From: Podarcis filfolensis
Lineage: Eukaryota
Reading direction: 5' to 3' (one strand)
Length of the DNA: 64,000 bases
Assembly (NCBI GenBank): GCA_964270895.1
Contig: OZ185437.1
Under the pieces are notes generated by a model, which was given only the letters and a program-made list of their open reading frames with translations, did no database searches and was not told the DNA's origin. Every line of letters starts with the position of its first letter. The first letter of the stretch is position 1. Shown here piece after piece: positions 25,276 to 39,126 of the stretch. The position numbers and the translations under genes are program-made.

Positions 25276-25740
25276 AAGTAGTTGGCTTTCTTGCTATGGA
25301 GCGCCCTCACTTTGTGGTGGCTGCCTCACCTTCCCTCGCGATTCCAAGCCTGTATCTGCCTCTTTATAATACTTGGCTGCTCCCTCTTGACATGGAATCA
25401 TTGAGATTGGCTGGGAATGGATCTTGCAAGATTTTAGCCTCCACATTCTGTCAGTCCAGATGGCACTTGGGTCCTGACAACATTTATTCACATCACACAT
25501 CAAAGTCAAGTATTACAGCCTGGCGTAAGCTGCCAAATATGATGTCAGTGTAACACCGTGCCTTTTTGCTTCTACAAGGCCAAGGCAGCTTCTCTTCTAA
25601 ACACTCCTCCTCCTGGCAAGATGCAGGGTTGAGGCTCAACATAACGCATTAGGGAGGCTTCATTAGTGTTTCAGTGCAATAAGCATCTTCGATGGTTCAG
25701 TCACCTTTTTATTTTCTTTTTCAAGGAATGGCTGTGGGTG

Positions 25741-26110
25741 TAAGTAAAGGACCCTTGGACGGTTAAGTCTAGTCAAAGGCAACTATGGGATGTGGTGCTC
25801 ATCTCACTTTTCAGGTTGAGGGAACAGGCATTTGTCCACAGACAGTTTTCTGGGTCATGTGGCCAGCATGACTAAACTACTATTAGCATGTGGAGGACCA
25901 TGACAAGTGCCAGAATGCACGGAAACACCGTTTACCTTCCTGCCACAGTGGTATCTACTTGTACTGGTATGCTTTTGAACTGCTAGGTTAGCAGGAGCTG
26001 GGACCGAGCAAGGGGAGCTCACCCCGTCACGCAGACTTGAACGGCTAACCTTCGAACTGATAAGACCCAAGAAGCTCAGTGGTTTAGACCACAGCGCCAC
26101 CCACGTCCCT
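25741..26110 (-). mobile_element. Sauria SINE (Squam1), diverged copy
   Basis: 'taaaggaccc...gggtcatgtggccagcatgact...cacggaaacaccgtttaccttcc...tgctaggttagcaggagctgggaccg...accacagcgccacccacgtccc'. Confidence 0.88.
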
Positions 26111-26417
26111 GGGTGTGGGTGTAGGTGTAGGTGTAGGTGTGGGGGTGTGTATGTGTGTGTATGCTACCCAGCTAATGCTGTGGAAACCTGTGCAGGGTTG
26201 GTTTTCCATCTTTAGCAAGTGGATCTCAGGTTTAAACTGGGACTATGTTGAAGATGTAAACAAAAGCACTGACTTTATACATTCTCCTCCTTTATACATT
26301 TATGCCTTCCATCCCATCTTTTGCTCAAAGGATTTCAGGGACATGTTCAGTGCTAGCCTATGCATTGCTACTTAGAAGTAAGCCCCACACTGTTCAAAGA
26401 GACTTACTCTCTAGTTA

Positions 26418-26552
26418 ATGGCTGGGGAAGCTGTGGCTCTCCAAATGTTGGTGGACTCCCATCAGCCCCAGCCAGCATAGGCAATGGAAAGGCATGATGG
26501 GAGCTGTAGTCCAGTGGCATCTGGAAGGCCACAGGTTCTCCACCCCTGCCCT
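26418..26552. mobile_element. hAT-type palindromic MITE
   Basis: 'ctgtggctctccaaatgtt...ctcccatca...tgatgggagctgtagtcc...atctggaaggccacaggttctccacccctg'. Confidence 0.7.
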
Positions 26553-28739
26553 AAGTGTTCTTAGGATTTACAGCCTCAATCTTGGCTACCTGCTGGAGAA
26601 GTGTGTGCACCCAGGAACTTGCAGCCCAGTAAACTACATGTGGTCATTGGCAGAATTTCATGTGGCCCTCAGTGTCATCTGGCTCTCTGGACGCCATGTG
26701 CACACACTGATCTTGGAATATGTTCTTATGCTCTGTGTGCAGGCAAGAGGTAGAGAAGGGATGGGATGGCATACACAGAGAGAAGTTGCTGTGCAGTGCA
26801 GCAAACTCTGTCCCCATCAGCTCTGGCTCCCAGCTGACTTTTCCTGAGTGTCTGTGGTCCTTCATAGGTAAAATGATCCCTCCCTCCAGCTTTAAAAGTA
26901 TTGGCAGCTGATAATCTTTCAGTGAATGAAGTCCCAAGAACTTTGGAGGGCTCCTTCAACAAGGAGGCTTCAAAGACTATCCCGGAGCACTTGCACAGGT
27001 GAGCTAGCATGACGTGGTGACAGTTCTGCATTAAGGTCTCACTTAAGGAAAACGGGTTTCTCTCTCTCTCCTTTACCACCAGTGCCCATGCGACTGTGGT
27101 ATTCAACCGTCCTATGATAATGCTTACCCTGAGCAGTTTTCTGTTGCCCCAGGCTGGTGTTAACAACTGGGTAGTTACTTGCCTCTGGGTCACATGAGCT
27201 TTTCTGAGTGATCATAACCTTGCAGTTTGTAACCTTGGAAGGGAATTAGGCTGGATGTAATGTTTCCAAGAATTGGATACACCCTGTACTATTGAGCTGG
27301 TACAGATCTCTGGATCAATTACGACCATTGGCTCAATATTGCTTTAACGGAATCTTGCAGCTGCGCCATAAGCTTGTTATTATTAGATGGTTAATTGGGG
27401 TGTATCAGTGCATGCTAGAGAAACAAGTTAAAGGGGGCAGGAATGAAGCAGCAACAAGTTTTGCTAAATAATTTCCGTACACACTGCACATTGAAACAGA
27501 CTCATGTGGCTAGTATGTATAATTTATATTTGAGACACAAAATATATGAGATCATTTTATGGATCACTTTGTGTTCATGTAGGAATATGCAAGCCTTCGA
27601 ATTACATACCGTTCTTTAAACTGCAGAGTGGATAAGATACCTAATATTCAGGGGTACATATATGTATAAAACAGAATTGGTTACAATTAATGTCATTCAC
27701 CAGATAATGATGCACAACCCGTTTTGCCTTTTAATTGTTCTGTGAAAGCTATACGATTTTAGCTTTCTTGTTCCGTCTATCTATCTGTCTATCTGTTGTT
27801 TATTTAGCTCCCTAGTTTATAGGGAATTGTTTTCTTAATGATTTGGTCTAATCAGACAATTAATATACTACTTAATATATTTTGAGAAAATTGAGCCCAC
27901 TGTACAGAGCTATACTAGGCTTCCCTAGGCAAACCCATTTTAGAAGAGCATTTATGCCACCATGTTTACTTTTGAGTCTAAAATTAAAATGACTGCCAGT
28001 TATTGTTTCCATGGTCTTGGTCTATACAGTACTTGTTTGAACTGAAATCACAGGGGAAAGAAGCAAAAGCGAGAAGAGTGCTAAAGCACTGAACTACCGC
28101 TTTTTCTGTTTTTTTAGTGTGCTGGTAATAAAATTATAGAATTAAATCTCAGTGAGGTTATTTAATGTTGTTTGTAGTTTGCAGTGGTAGCAACATGCAA
28201 TAAAAGATATTGTCTTTTTGTCAAATGGGAGCGTTTCAGACATCTCATAATGCTCTGGTAAGCCATTATATTGCAGTCAGACCCTCATAAGTATCTTCTG
28301 AAAAATCTTTCCGTTTGTTCTGCAATATCACCTTTTGTCTGACCTGGTACTGCTTGTCTGACCACAGTGTACTTGCTTGTCAGGTGACTCCAGAGTTTCT
28401 TTGTATGTTCTGTTTGTCACAGAACATTTAGTTACTTTATGCTTGTGACCTTAGGGTTTTTCTTGTTTGGGAGGGCAGAAATGAGTAAATTGTAGACTTT
28501 TTTTTTTACAGGCCACCTAAGATAAGGTGGTGTTTATATTGACTCTTAATCTTTCTCTGAGAGTGCTTGATGGACTTCTCTTATTCCATGCATAACAGCT
28601 GGTGACTTTGCATTTAAGCAGAAGTCACAGCAGCAGTGTTATTGTTAGTAATTATCTCTGTTCTGTGTTTGAAGGCATAGCATAAGGAATTGTTCCCGTG
28701 TTGTCCCTAGAGAATGAAAGATACAACCAGGGATGTTGA

Positions 28740-28950
28740 TGCTAAAAGTCAAACAGATTTTAAGAATCTCCTTGCTTGATCAGTCCAAGGACCATTTCCC
28801 CATGTATTCTGCTTAACAGTTGCCAGGCAGATGCCCTTGGAAGGTTTACAAGCAACACATTAAAATTATAGCAATCCTGTGTTTGCTTCTAGTGTCTAGT
28901 GCTTCCAGATATACTACCTCTGAACATGCATGCTCTACTGCTTTATGGCC
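28740..28950 (-). mobile_element. Old CR1 3' UTR fragment
   Basis: 'cttgcttgatcagtccaaggacc...acagttgccaggcagatgcccttggaagg...atactacctctgaacatg' is similar to the 4640-4800 segment. Confidence 0.5.
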
Positions 28951-30354
28951 AGTGCTGCCTTTCCTGATACCTGGATCAAGGTAGCAGCATTAAGTAGAAT
29001 CCCAGTGTTCACATTTATATCAGATGAACAGGTGGTAGTGCCAGAAGCAATTGCGTTTGGTGTTAAGATGTCACTTGACTGATACATGTCTCTGTAAGTA
29101 AATATTGAGAAGTGTTGCTATCACTGGCAATAAGTTTAGCAAAGGCTAAGGAGAAATGTTCTGTATCTTGGGAGACTGAGTTTCTATTTTACAGTAAAGT
29201 CAATTTACTTAAGATACACTAAATAACTCTGCAGCGAACCAAGCCCCTACTCTATGTCTGCAGAATGTGTGAAATATGTAATTGTGTATAAAGTACTTGG
29301 GCTACCATCCTGTTTACCCATACTTTAGAGTAAGCACCACTGAACGGTGTGCTTTAATTCTGAGTAAATATGCATAGCAGTGTTGAGGGTACATAGTTCT
29401 AAAATGTAAAATGTCTCTTCTAGTTCCCCATCCCTGGGCTGTGGTATTGTAGTTAACAACTGGGAGATCTCTGACGTGTGTGTTTCATAACTCAAAGTTA
29501 GGCATTCTTTACAGGCTATCATATTTAGTGCTGTGTGCATACATATACACAGAGAGAACATTGTTTACTTCCTCTGTAAGTGCTGGGACATTCAGTACTA
29601 TGAAGTATGATACGCTTGCATAAACACTGGGGCCAGATTTATCTCTCACTCCTATCTTTCCTTTCCAGTCTTGGAAAGTGATTAATCTGCAACACACATT
29701 TGTTCTTGGATTGCACTGCATTATTCTCTAATCATTTCCAGTTTTGCTGAACTCTGTTGCTTTCTTGAAAAAGCGTTTCTATGCCAGTTGAAACAGAGCA
29801 GGTGGGCAGAGCCTAAGTTTGCTGCTAGTTTTGTATTTTTTAAAACAGTTCAAATTTTATGCCTAGGCAAGCCAGGTTTTCTGCCTGGTGCATGTCGTCG
29901 CTCTTGGCACTTGTTCCTCACCCGTTGCTGTGAGCACAGCACACCTCTTTCCAGACCTTTCCATCTTTTGATTTAATTCCAGACTTTGCTCCAAAATTAC
30001 ACTTTAAAAAAACCAACACAAAACCCCACCAGAATCCAAAAAACCCTCAGTATTGGAAGCGGAATGTATTATGCAAAATAAGCCAGTAGTTGACTGGATT
30101 GCACAGTTTGAATTTCCTTGGCACAAAATTTAAAGGTTGATAGATGAACCCCACAGGGACTCCTAAGAAGCAGTATAATGAGCTCCTGGTACATTTGATT
30201 TCTCTCTATACCACCCTAATGTCCATGACTATGTTTCTGACTTTTATAAAGGAATACTATACCAACAACATCACAGGGACATGATATACCATCACTAGCC
30301 ATGCTGTAATGTCCATTGCATCTGTGTGCAGGTGTAATATTAATAATGGCGATG

Positions 30355-30355
<1 letters not shown>

Positions 30356-30400
<45 letters not shown>

Positions 30401-30515
30401 TAATATTAATAATATTAATACCCCGCACATCTGGCTGGGCTTCCCCAGCCACTCTGGGTGGCTTCCCACAAAATATTAAAATACAAGAATACATCAAACA
30501 TTAAAAGCTTCCCTA
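30356..30515 (-). mobile_element. L2 3' end with expanded (TAA)n tail (microsatellite 30356-30420)
   Basis: (taa)n then 'ccccgcacatctggctgggcttccccagccactctgggtggcttccc...cattaaaagcttcccta', homologous to the 22745 copy. Confidence 0.85.
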
Positions 30516-30774
30516 ATAATAAACGCTGCTTTCCCTGTGGTATGTAAACTTTCCACATGGAAGGAGGTTCTGATCTTGCGAAAATTTTCAAATGAGCAAT
30601 CACAAGCATCCTGGGGTGGCACAGGCATGATGAGGACTGTACCCCACAAATTCAAAGAAGAGTTAAGATGAAGGAATAGGAGTTCAAATTCCTCTTTAAA
30701 GCGGACAACATTACTGAAGTTTGACTCATTCTTCTGCTTTACCAATGTGCAGAGTAGGTGGTAGTTTATATTGT

Positions 30775-30950
30775 ACAGGGGTGGGGAACTTCTGGCCCAG
30801 AGGCAGAATGCGGCCCTTAATGCTCCTCTGTGTGGCCCTCAGGACTCTTCTAAGGCTGCATACCATTCCTAAGCCACACCTCACCCTGGCCTTGCTTCAT
30901 ATGCTACTTGAATATTTTTGCCTGGCTGCAGTGTGTCCTTGAGCTCTGGT
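30775..30950 (+). mobile_element. Old hAT-type MITE fragment; related fragment in reverse at ~43400-43545
   Basis: Begins CAGGGGTGGGGAAC; 'tggccctcaggactctt' matches the reverse complement of 'gagagtcccaagggccaga...tttccctaccctg' at 43490-43543. Confidence 0.5.
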
Positions 30951-33904
30951 AATGCCACTTGTTTTACCAGGTGGAGGACAGAGTTTCTACACATACATTT
31001 GAATGTGTGTAGAAACTAGCCTGCTCTGCAAAGTTAGAATTTGTATCCACTGCTCCACTCACCATTGCCTCTGGCCCCACTCTCCACAAACGTGCTGCCT
31101 GGAAGGTTGTCCAGAAGGGGAAGGTTCACCACCTCTGTACTATACAAAGCATAACCAAGAACTCTGGATACACCCACATGGGACTTCACTGAATGGAATC
31201 CTTCTGGGGTAGCAGGGGAAACTGACAGCACATGTACTCATGTTATTAAAATAGGCATGAAGAGAACCACAGTACTGCCGTAAGGCATTGACAAGTCCTG
31301 TATAAGTATCTAACACAAACCATCATCTTCTCTGCTGACCCTACAGTGCATTTGACCACCAAACTCTGCTACTTTATAGCTACCCACAATTCATCTTTTG
31401 GAAGAACATGTATCTTGAGATCAGTTGTACCATGACTGGCTTGGAACAACACTTTCTAAGATACTGTCCCTATAAACCTCTCCGCTGCCTGACATGCTTT
31501 GATGACATATTTAGATTTTAGAGCTACAGAGATTTCAACAACTTCCACCCACTATTAACATAAACCCAGCAGGTACAGTTTTTGGACACTACGGGGAACG
31601 ACATAATGTTCATGTAATCATCACCTTACATCATAAATCTGCAGCCAAGATACAGTTTTACTACTTTATCTGTGGTTTGTGAGAACTATTCCAAGGCACC
31701 ACACCATGATCTTCAGCTTCCTCTGAGGCGCTGGTGGTGGTTTGCTATATTTTGATCTCACCATTCCTCACAAAGGAGTCCTGGCCAGCAAACAGCCAGA
31801 GAATAAAAACATTGCAGTTGTTTTTTTTTTAAATGTGCACACAAACCAAATATCATCACAACTAATTCCAAGGTGGGCGGAAACAATATCTTTTGGTATC
31901 TTCCATCCCTCAAGTGTCTGAGCAAACTGAAATGTTTTTAAATTCCCCCTAAAAAATAATGAAGTTGTTTATCATGCTCTGATTATATGCGAATGCATAA
32001 ACCAAGAGAAAACGTCTTAGTTAAAAGTGCCTTAAGTTCTTTCATTCTTTCAGTACTCAGGAATTTTCCCCAGGATAGTGTGTTATGTGTCTGCATTATT
32101 ATAGCAAGTTATACTTGGCTATGTGTAGTTTGTGTGTGTTTGTAAAAAAGCAACTGTGCACAGGCATGAAATGTGGCTACTGTTACAGAGATTATTTTAG
32201 GTAGACAACTGTTACCAGAAAGATGTCAGCTGTGCCTGCCATTTCCCATTCAGTTGTGGCCACCCTAGATCACAATGGAGGCGGAGCTACTTTTCAGTTT
32301 CCTGGCTGCCATTTAACTCCCTTTGCTTGTTTAGGAGCATTCGCAGCTGAACTAGAATTAATGCTACATGCATCCCACTGCACAAGAACTTTGATAAAGG
32401 TGTGTTGCTTGTCTGTGGACCGCCAGTTTCAGGAATTATTGTAGCATTCTTCATGCGTTACTTTCATGAAGGGGAAGCACAAACACAGAAAAGGCTCTCT
32501 GCCTACAAAGCTATCCCATGGCGAATGGGGAGGGCAGCTCCTGGAGGCGCCATGTAACTTCAGGGGCGGGGCCTAATGCACGGACCCACAGCCCCTTTGT
32601 ATCCATGTTGCCCTTTTAGGTGGGTAATACATGAAGAGAGCTGCAGTGTTGCATTTGTAAGAATGAGATCTGCAGCCTGAGCTAAAGTAAGTTTAATTAT
32701 TCATATAAGCTTCAATAAATAAATGATTTATCAACTAAGTTTAGAAGTAGGTAAAAACAAAATTACAGAAGGAAGAAGAATTATTCGTTTCTAGATTTTT
32801 TTATGCCTTGTAGCAGGCATAAATTTAAAATCCTCTTCCAGCCAAGGGCAAAATGTATGTGATCCAGCTCCCCTCCTGCATTAAAAGGTCGGGAACAACT
32901 TTTCTGAAGTGATTTGAGGGAGAAACTGAACATTTAGGCTGTATCTTTTCTGCACTATTATAGTGTGTTTGTTTTTGCCTGTACAAAAATCCGGAGCATT
33001 CTCAAGGCCATTTGTGGATTTTGGAGGCTGTCCAGCCTCTTGTCTCTCATTGAGCTTCTGAGGACCTATGGCCACTGTGGCTGCAAAGCTGCAAAGCACC
33101 AATGCTGGACTTCTATTGACTTGAAGTTGAAATAAGCATTCCCTTTTGCTTTCTGAGCTCACAAAGCTTTGGGAAAATGCAGACTAAAGGGATGAAACAA
33201 GTTTAAATAGCAGTTGCATTCCCACAAGTGCTGCAATATTTAATCAATTAATTGGTTAAGATCAATCAATTTAAAAAAACTTAATCTACTAACAAGTGTC
33301 CCCAATTAATGGGGCAACAGATTAAACAAGGCATACTCATTGGCCTTCTATGCAGTGGTTGGGCAAGAGGGAAGCCTCTCATGTACCGAACCTTCTTTTC
33401 TGCTGTTCCCTTTCTGTAACCTCTGAACCTCATGAAAACATCTCTCGGGGACCTTACTGAACAGTGGGGGCTATGTTATTTGGGGCTACAGAGAAAGGGA
33501 GAATGGTCTGAAATCTGGTTGAGGAACTTTGTGAAAGTTTCCTCTGTCCAGTTCCAGGAAATTCCCCTTCCCACTGCAACCCTGTAGCCCACACAGCTCA
33601 GGAGCTGCCCCACCTCACCTGGAGAGAGTTGAGGGCAGCAGAGAAGGAGGAGAAGAGAAAGATCAGCTAGCTACATAAACTGTCTTGTGCTCATGGAACT
33701 GTTGAATACAACCTGTTGTTTTTAACGCTGGTACTTATACAAATATCACATGGCAAGTCCCATTTTAAGATGCATTCTTCTTTCCTTATGTCATATAAGA
33801 GATATTCAGTTGTTGCTTTGGATTCAACTCTGATGTCACTTTTTCCTGCTGCCCCTTGGCCCACACTGGCCTCCCCAATCACTGCCAGCAACATGGGACT
33901 CAGC

Positions 33905-34282
33905 TAAAGGTACGGGGTAAAGGGACCCCTGACAGTTAAGTCCAGTTGCGAATGACTCTGGGGTTGCGGCACTCATCTCGCTTTACAGGCTGAGCGAGCT
34001 GGCGTATGTCCACTTCCGCAGACAGTTTTTCCAGGTCATGTGGCCAGCATGACTAAGCTGCTTCTGGCAAAGCCAGAGCAGCGCATGGAAATGCCGTTTA
34101 CCTTCCCTCCGGAGCGATACCTATTTATTTACTTGCACTGGTGTGCTTTCGAACTGCTAGGTTGGCAGGAGCTGGGACTGAACAGTGGAAGCTCGCCCTG
34201 TCGTGGTGCCTCGAACCACTGACCTTCCAATTCGCAAGTCCAAGCAGCACAGTGGTTTAAACCACAGCTCTATCCGCGTCCC
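33905..34282 (-). mobile_element. Sauria SINE (Squam1), near full length
   Basis: 'aaagggacccctgac...gactctggggttgcggcactcatctcgcttta...ggtcatgtggccagcatgactaagc...gtggtttaaaccacagctctatccgcgtccc'; imperfect flanking duplication tgggac(t)cagct. Confidence 0.92.
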
Positions 34283-34905
34283 TGGGACAGCTATACAGCT
34301 GCAAATAAAAGGTTTTAAGTGTGTTTAAAGTGCAATATACAATGTGACACTAGGTGGCAATTGTGAGCCTTATGGAAAATTCAATGTATTTTTTAAACGC
34401 TTTTTAAAAAAACACATTTTCAAAGCAACCAGCTAACCTTTGGAAATCACTCTCGTAGTAGACTTTCCTGGACAATGAAAATGCCTTTGTTGCATATTCA
34501 CTGTGCATTCTGCAGAGGCAGAATGAGGAAGTTGGTACAGAAATTAAGAGAAGTTAGCTCTTGGTATAAATAGCTGTGGTGACGGTGGGGGACAGCAGCA
34601 CTGGTTTGTATTTTAAGACATGCAGACCTAAGAATATCTTGTGAAAATAAGCCTGAAAGTATTCACCACAATGAATTCCTCAACACTGAAACCACCATAT
34701 AATCTAAAATAGATATTCTTGCATGCATTGACATTGGTAATCTGATAACCCTACAGTATTATCTACAGTGCTCAACACAGAGCACTGTGATTTGCAAGCA
34801 GATGTGCAACAGTGATGTGCTGGTAACAGGATACTTCTCATTCATGTGGCTCTTGAATTTCTGTGCTTTTCTGTTTAGTCCTTCCATCTCCAGCAGATCC
34901 ACAGT

Positions 34906-34909
<4 letters not shown>

Positions 34910-34951
<42 letters not shown>
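34910..34951. repeat. (CA)n microsatellite
   Basis: Pure dinucleotide run. Confidence 0.95.
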
Positions 34952-34955
<4 letters not shown>

Positions 34956-35809
34956 GCAGACCCAAATACTACAGAAGTAGCAGAAGAGTTGGCTGTTGTG
35001 TTTTGTCTCTACACACATAAAGGCTTTCTTCTTTGGAACCCTGATGCCCATGCAATGGGAAGATGTGAGTAGATTAGGGTCATGGCAGGGAGAAGCGATG
35101 ATTGGTCCAGATCCTGTGCTTGCTCAGGTGTTGGTCCTGCTCTGACTCAAGGTGACGTGAGTAAAAACAGCCCCGCTGGAGTCAACGGATAGCCCAGGGC
35201 AACTGCCTTCCATCCTCACTTCCACACCAGGGGATCAGATTCCAACAAACTCAGCACACAGCTGAAGCCCAGCACTAAAACTACATAGGTCTCAGTAAGG
35301 GAACACAGTGCGTGTCTCTACTGGAAGTATTTTGTCTGGCATAGCGTAGAATCAAAACTGTGCTGTGCCAGCATTAGCCCAACCCTAGCAGCCCACCAGT
35401 ATAGCAGGAACTGTAGCACCAGCCTCTTAGAAAGCTCTGCTAGAAGTTCATGTTTCGGTCAGAAATTCAGGATGCTGCACATTATATTTTTGTCCAGGCT
35501 TGGCTTTCGATCATCACAGTTCCTCATCTAAAAATAATATCATGAACTTCAGCAATAAATATTGAAATGAATTCGCTCATTTAAGCTTTAATTAAATGGC
35601 TGTAGCTGTGCTGCAGTGAAGGAAGAAGGAAACAATATTGTCATAAATCCTAAATGAAAAAGGTGAACTCACCTCTCCTTCACAGATCATTTTTGTGTGT
35701 GTGGAACAGTTTACAATAATGTGTAAATGCTGCGATTTACTAACTGTTTAGAGACCCCTTTTCACAGGCAAAATGGGAGTGAGGCATTCTAATTTTATGA
35801 CTTTTTTGT

Positions 35810-35965
35810 AATCCCATCTCTCTGGCAAGAAGCTCAGACTGGTATACATGCTTTTCTCCCTCCCATTTAATCCTCACAACAACCTTGTGAGGCAGTTTAG
35901 GCTGACAGAGTGATAGGCCTAAAGTTACTCAGTAAGCTCCATGGTTCTGTGGAAATGTAAACCAG
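35810..35965 (-). mobile_element. Older CORE-type SINE (Squam3A/MIR-like)
   Basis: 'ttaatcctcacaacaaccttgtgaggcagtttaggctgacagagtgataggcctaaagttactcagtaagctccatgg'. Confidence 0.7.
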
Positions 35966-36843
35966 GTTTGCGAACCTGTCCTCATCTGTCATTCTGGAAA
36001 CTATATAGGCTGGCATAAATGGTTTGGGGAAGGTAGACAAAATTATTCTTACTTGAAAATACTTGCACACACACACAATCTCTAAACAATAAAATGTATT
36101 TGCCTCTTTGTTTTTAATTCAGCCTTGTACATAAAGTTACTAACCTGCTAAGAAGTAGATTGTGCTTCAATTCTGAATAAACAAGAGAAGAGCCCCTCTG
36201 TCTCCGTGACTAAGATGGAAATATAAGATACTAGACTCCTAGCAGGCTAGTAAGAGGGGGACAGCCTTCTACTACTAAGCAGGCTGACAGAGGAGGAAGA
36301 GAGTTGATGGATCTGCACCCCTTACATCACACTTAGTAATGTTGGAGAATTCCACCAGAAATGGAAACGAGCAGAAATAGCTGCAGTTCATATGTTCACC
36401 CAAGGTTAGGAACAGAAATCATGCAAGTTAACACAGACACCGTAATATTTGCTATCCTTGTTTTTTCCCCTCTGCAAATATTCTGTAAATAATTACATTA
36501 TTTTCTGCATTTTTCTTTCCCTTCCATTGACATGCATTGAAATTAATTATGTAATTAAGTTATTTTGAACCATAGTAAATGGCAAGATAAATAGCATAGG
36601 TTTCAATGGAAGTTAAACTGTAGCAGAACAGAAACAGAGCTGATTGCGGTGAATGCAGGGTGCGGTGGAAATTCCTGTTTTCTTACATCCCTAGTCACGG
36701 CCAGCACGGAAATCCAAGTAGATAGAAAAATTGAGAAATTCCTCCCCCAGCCCATTAATTTGCCTACATGTACTTTCTAGTCACCTATGACTATGAGGTG
36801 AGCATAAATCCATGCTATACATGTACAGGACACAGTTGTACAT

Positions 36844-36846
<3 letters not shown>

Positions 36847-36911
<65 letters not shown>
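36847..36911. repeat. (TC)n(CA)n compound microsatellite
   Basis: Direct reading. Confidence 0.95.
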
Positions 36912-36917
<6 letters not shown>

Positions 36918-39098
36918 GGTCACCCCAGTTTCCAAAAAGGATGTGTTATTATGTAGGTTCATGTTTGGATTTACAGTGGATGAGGAATATTCTACCTCTT
37001 CATTTTTTAAATCTTTATTTTGATTATAATTCTTTTTGTTTTTTACAAAAGACATGGATGGTTCTATAAAAGGCTTATCACGCCTTTAATTTCATTTCAT
37101 TTTTGTCAGTGTCAGCCATGAAAAGGAATGCATATGCTGTGACTGTGATTTGTGTGGTGCAGCTGGGGCCTCTGAGCCAAAATCACCATTTCTTGTGGAT
37201 TTGAGAGGCTCATCTGGGAAGCCACTTAAGCAGCCCAGTTCCCGTGAGAGAACTGATAATGGTCAGTGAAAACAATAATCCCAAAGGCCTAAGGGGATAA
37301 CAACCAGTCAATAACATGACTCCCATTCTTGAAACTTAATCATGAAATGACATCCTTAACATTTAGAGGAGGTTATTTTTCTAAATGTGTCTGTGGCAGG
37401 CAAGGCATTAGATAGGTGCATAATGAAAAATAGGCATGGGAACGTGATAAGATAAATACATCAGAAGAAATGTGGGTTGTTTATGTTGTAATTATTTTCT
37501 CAAGTGGTCTTGTTGTTGCACAAGAGTTTTCCAGCTTTCCAGACATACTGGTCACATTTACACAGAATTACACATTTACATAGCTTAGCATAAATATTAA
37601 AACATACTGGTTTCTTATGGTTATAGATCATGGTTAAGGAGGAGCGATATTAATCACAGTCTCAGGTTCAGATAACATTCTAAGCCGCTGTTCTAAGGCA
37701 ATACTTGGCTTAGCTGCCATCCCACACGGACCTAAAAAGCCAGAGGAGGAGTAAAACAGAAACAAGCCACTGTAACCACCTCCCCGACTGATAAGAAATT
37801 AATGTTTTAATTCCTAAAGGAATATAGAAACTAGTTTCTATATCACTTAATGTAAATAACCATTGTTAAAGTGCAAGAATGGAAGTAGCTAACCACATAT
37901 ATCAGAGCTATGGTTGCCAGGTGGAAAAGTCCTGTTGCTGCAGCAGGTTGGAAAAATGGGTTGTTCACAGGGTGCAGTGGAGAACAAAGGGGGTGATGTA
38001 GTGTCTGCATCTTTTACTGCTTTTTGAAACACATTAAACATTATCTCCGTGGGGCCGAGATAGCCCTTAGTCAAAGCTCATGCGCTCAAAACAAGGCATC
38101 AACAAATATAACGGCTTGTAGAAAAGCAGTTATAAGAGATTGTACCCTGTCAACAAATTCTTAATGTAAACCCTAGCAGCTAAATTAAATCAATGTGCTG
38201 CTTTATCTCTGTGCTGATCTTCAAACAGTCGTCAGAGTCGACGTGCTTGGAGGCTACCCCAAAAAGGCACCCACTTTGGGTTCTCTAACTTTGTCAAAAC
38301 CTAGACAAAACAAAAATAACTCTCTTGGACTATGTCTTGTATTTATTCTCAACAGAACTGACTCATAATGCAAGGCAAAACTCTACACTAGTTGCCTTTC
38401 TTGCTTCTGTGTATTTTATACTGGTGCTGTTTGTTCCTGTTCCTAAAAATCCTCTTGGATGACTTTGCAGGCTGGTTCAGGGCTAGCTTCCTGAATGCCC
38501 AGAATTTCTTTTTGTACTCCTGGAGGCTTCAGCCAGCCTCCTTTTGTTCTTGCTGCTCCATCTACCTCTACCATCACCTCTTAACAGTATAGAAAGCAAA
38601 CCTGAACGGGAGCTGTGTTGGCAGCTTTCCCATAGGCTTTTATGGGTCCCCTCCCCCTCACCTCATTGGCCAACAGCTTTTAGCTTGGCTCAGCTGACAG
38701 GGAGTGGATATAGGTCAGTATAGCAATGTGGAATTGACTCGTTGTTCTCATTCCTGAATCCAGCTTTGTTTAATCTGGCACTTTGCCAGCTCTATAAAGT
38801 CTCTACACTAGGCTCCTATGCAACAAACAGGACAGCAGAGGCAGAGCTGCAGAGATCAGCAGCGGCAGCACTGAACTAATCTTTTTTTTTCTCAGTAGGA
38901 AAGGAAACGAAAAACTGAGACAACTTTAAAAACACACACACAAACATTTAAGCTGTCTCAATAAAAAAAAACAAAAAATTAAAGACCGCTGCTGAGTTAA
39001 ACGAGAAGCCCTGACACAATACTTTCTGCATAAGCACAAAGAAGATCAGTGTGTGAGAGTGTGAGGGACTGGTGGATTCTTGTTGGCCTCTTCCCACA

Positions 39099-39126
39099 AC
39101 ACACACACACACACACACACACACAC
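39099..39126. repeat. (CA)n microsatellite
   Basis: Direct reading. Confidence 0.95.

Noticed and set aside
30216-30497. ORFs with poly-Tyr and poly-Ile tracts
   Set aside because: Translation of the (TAA)n microsatellite tail of an L2 element.
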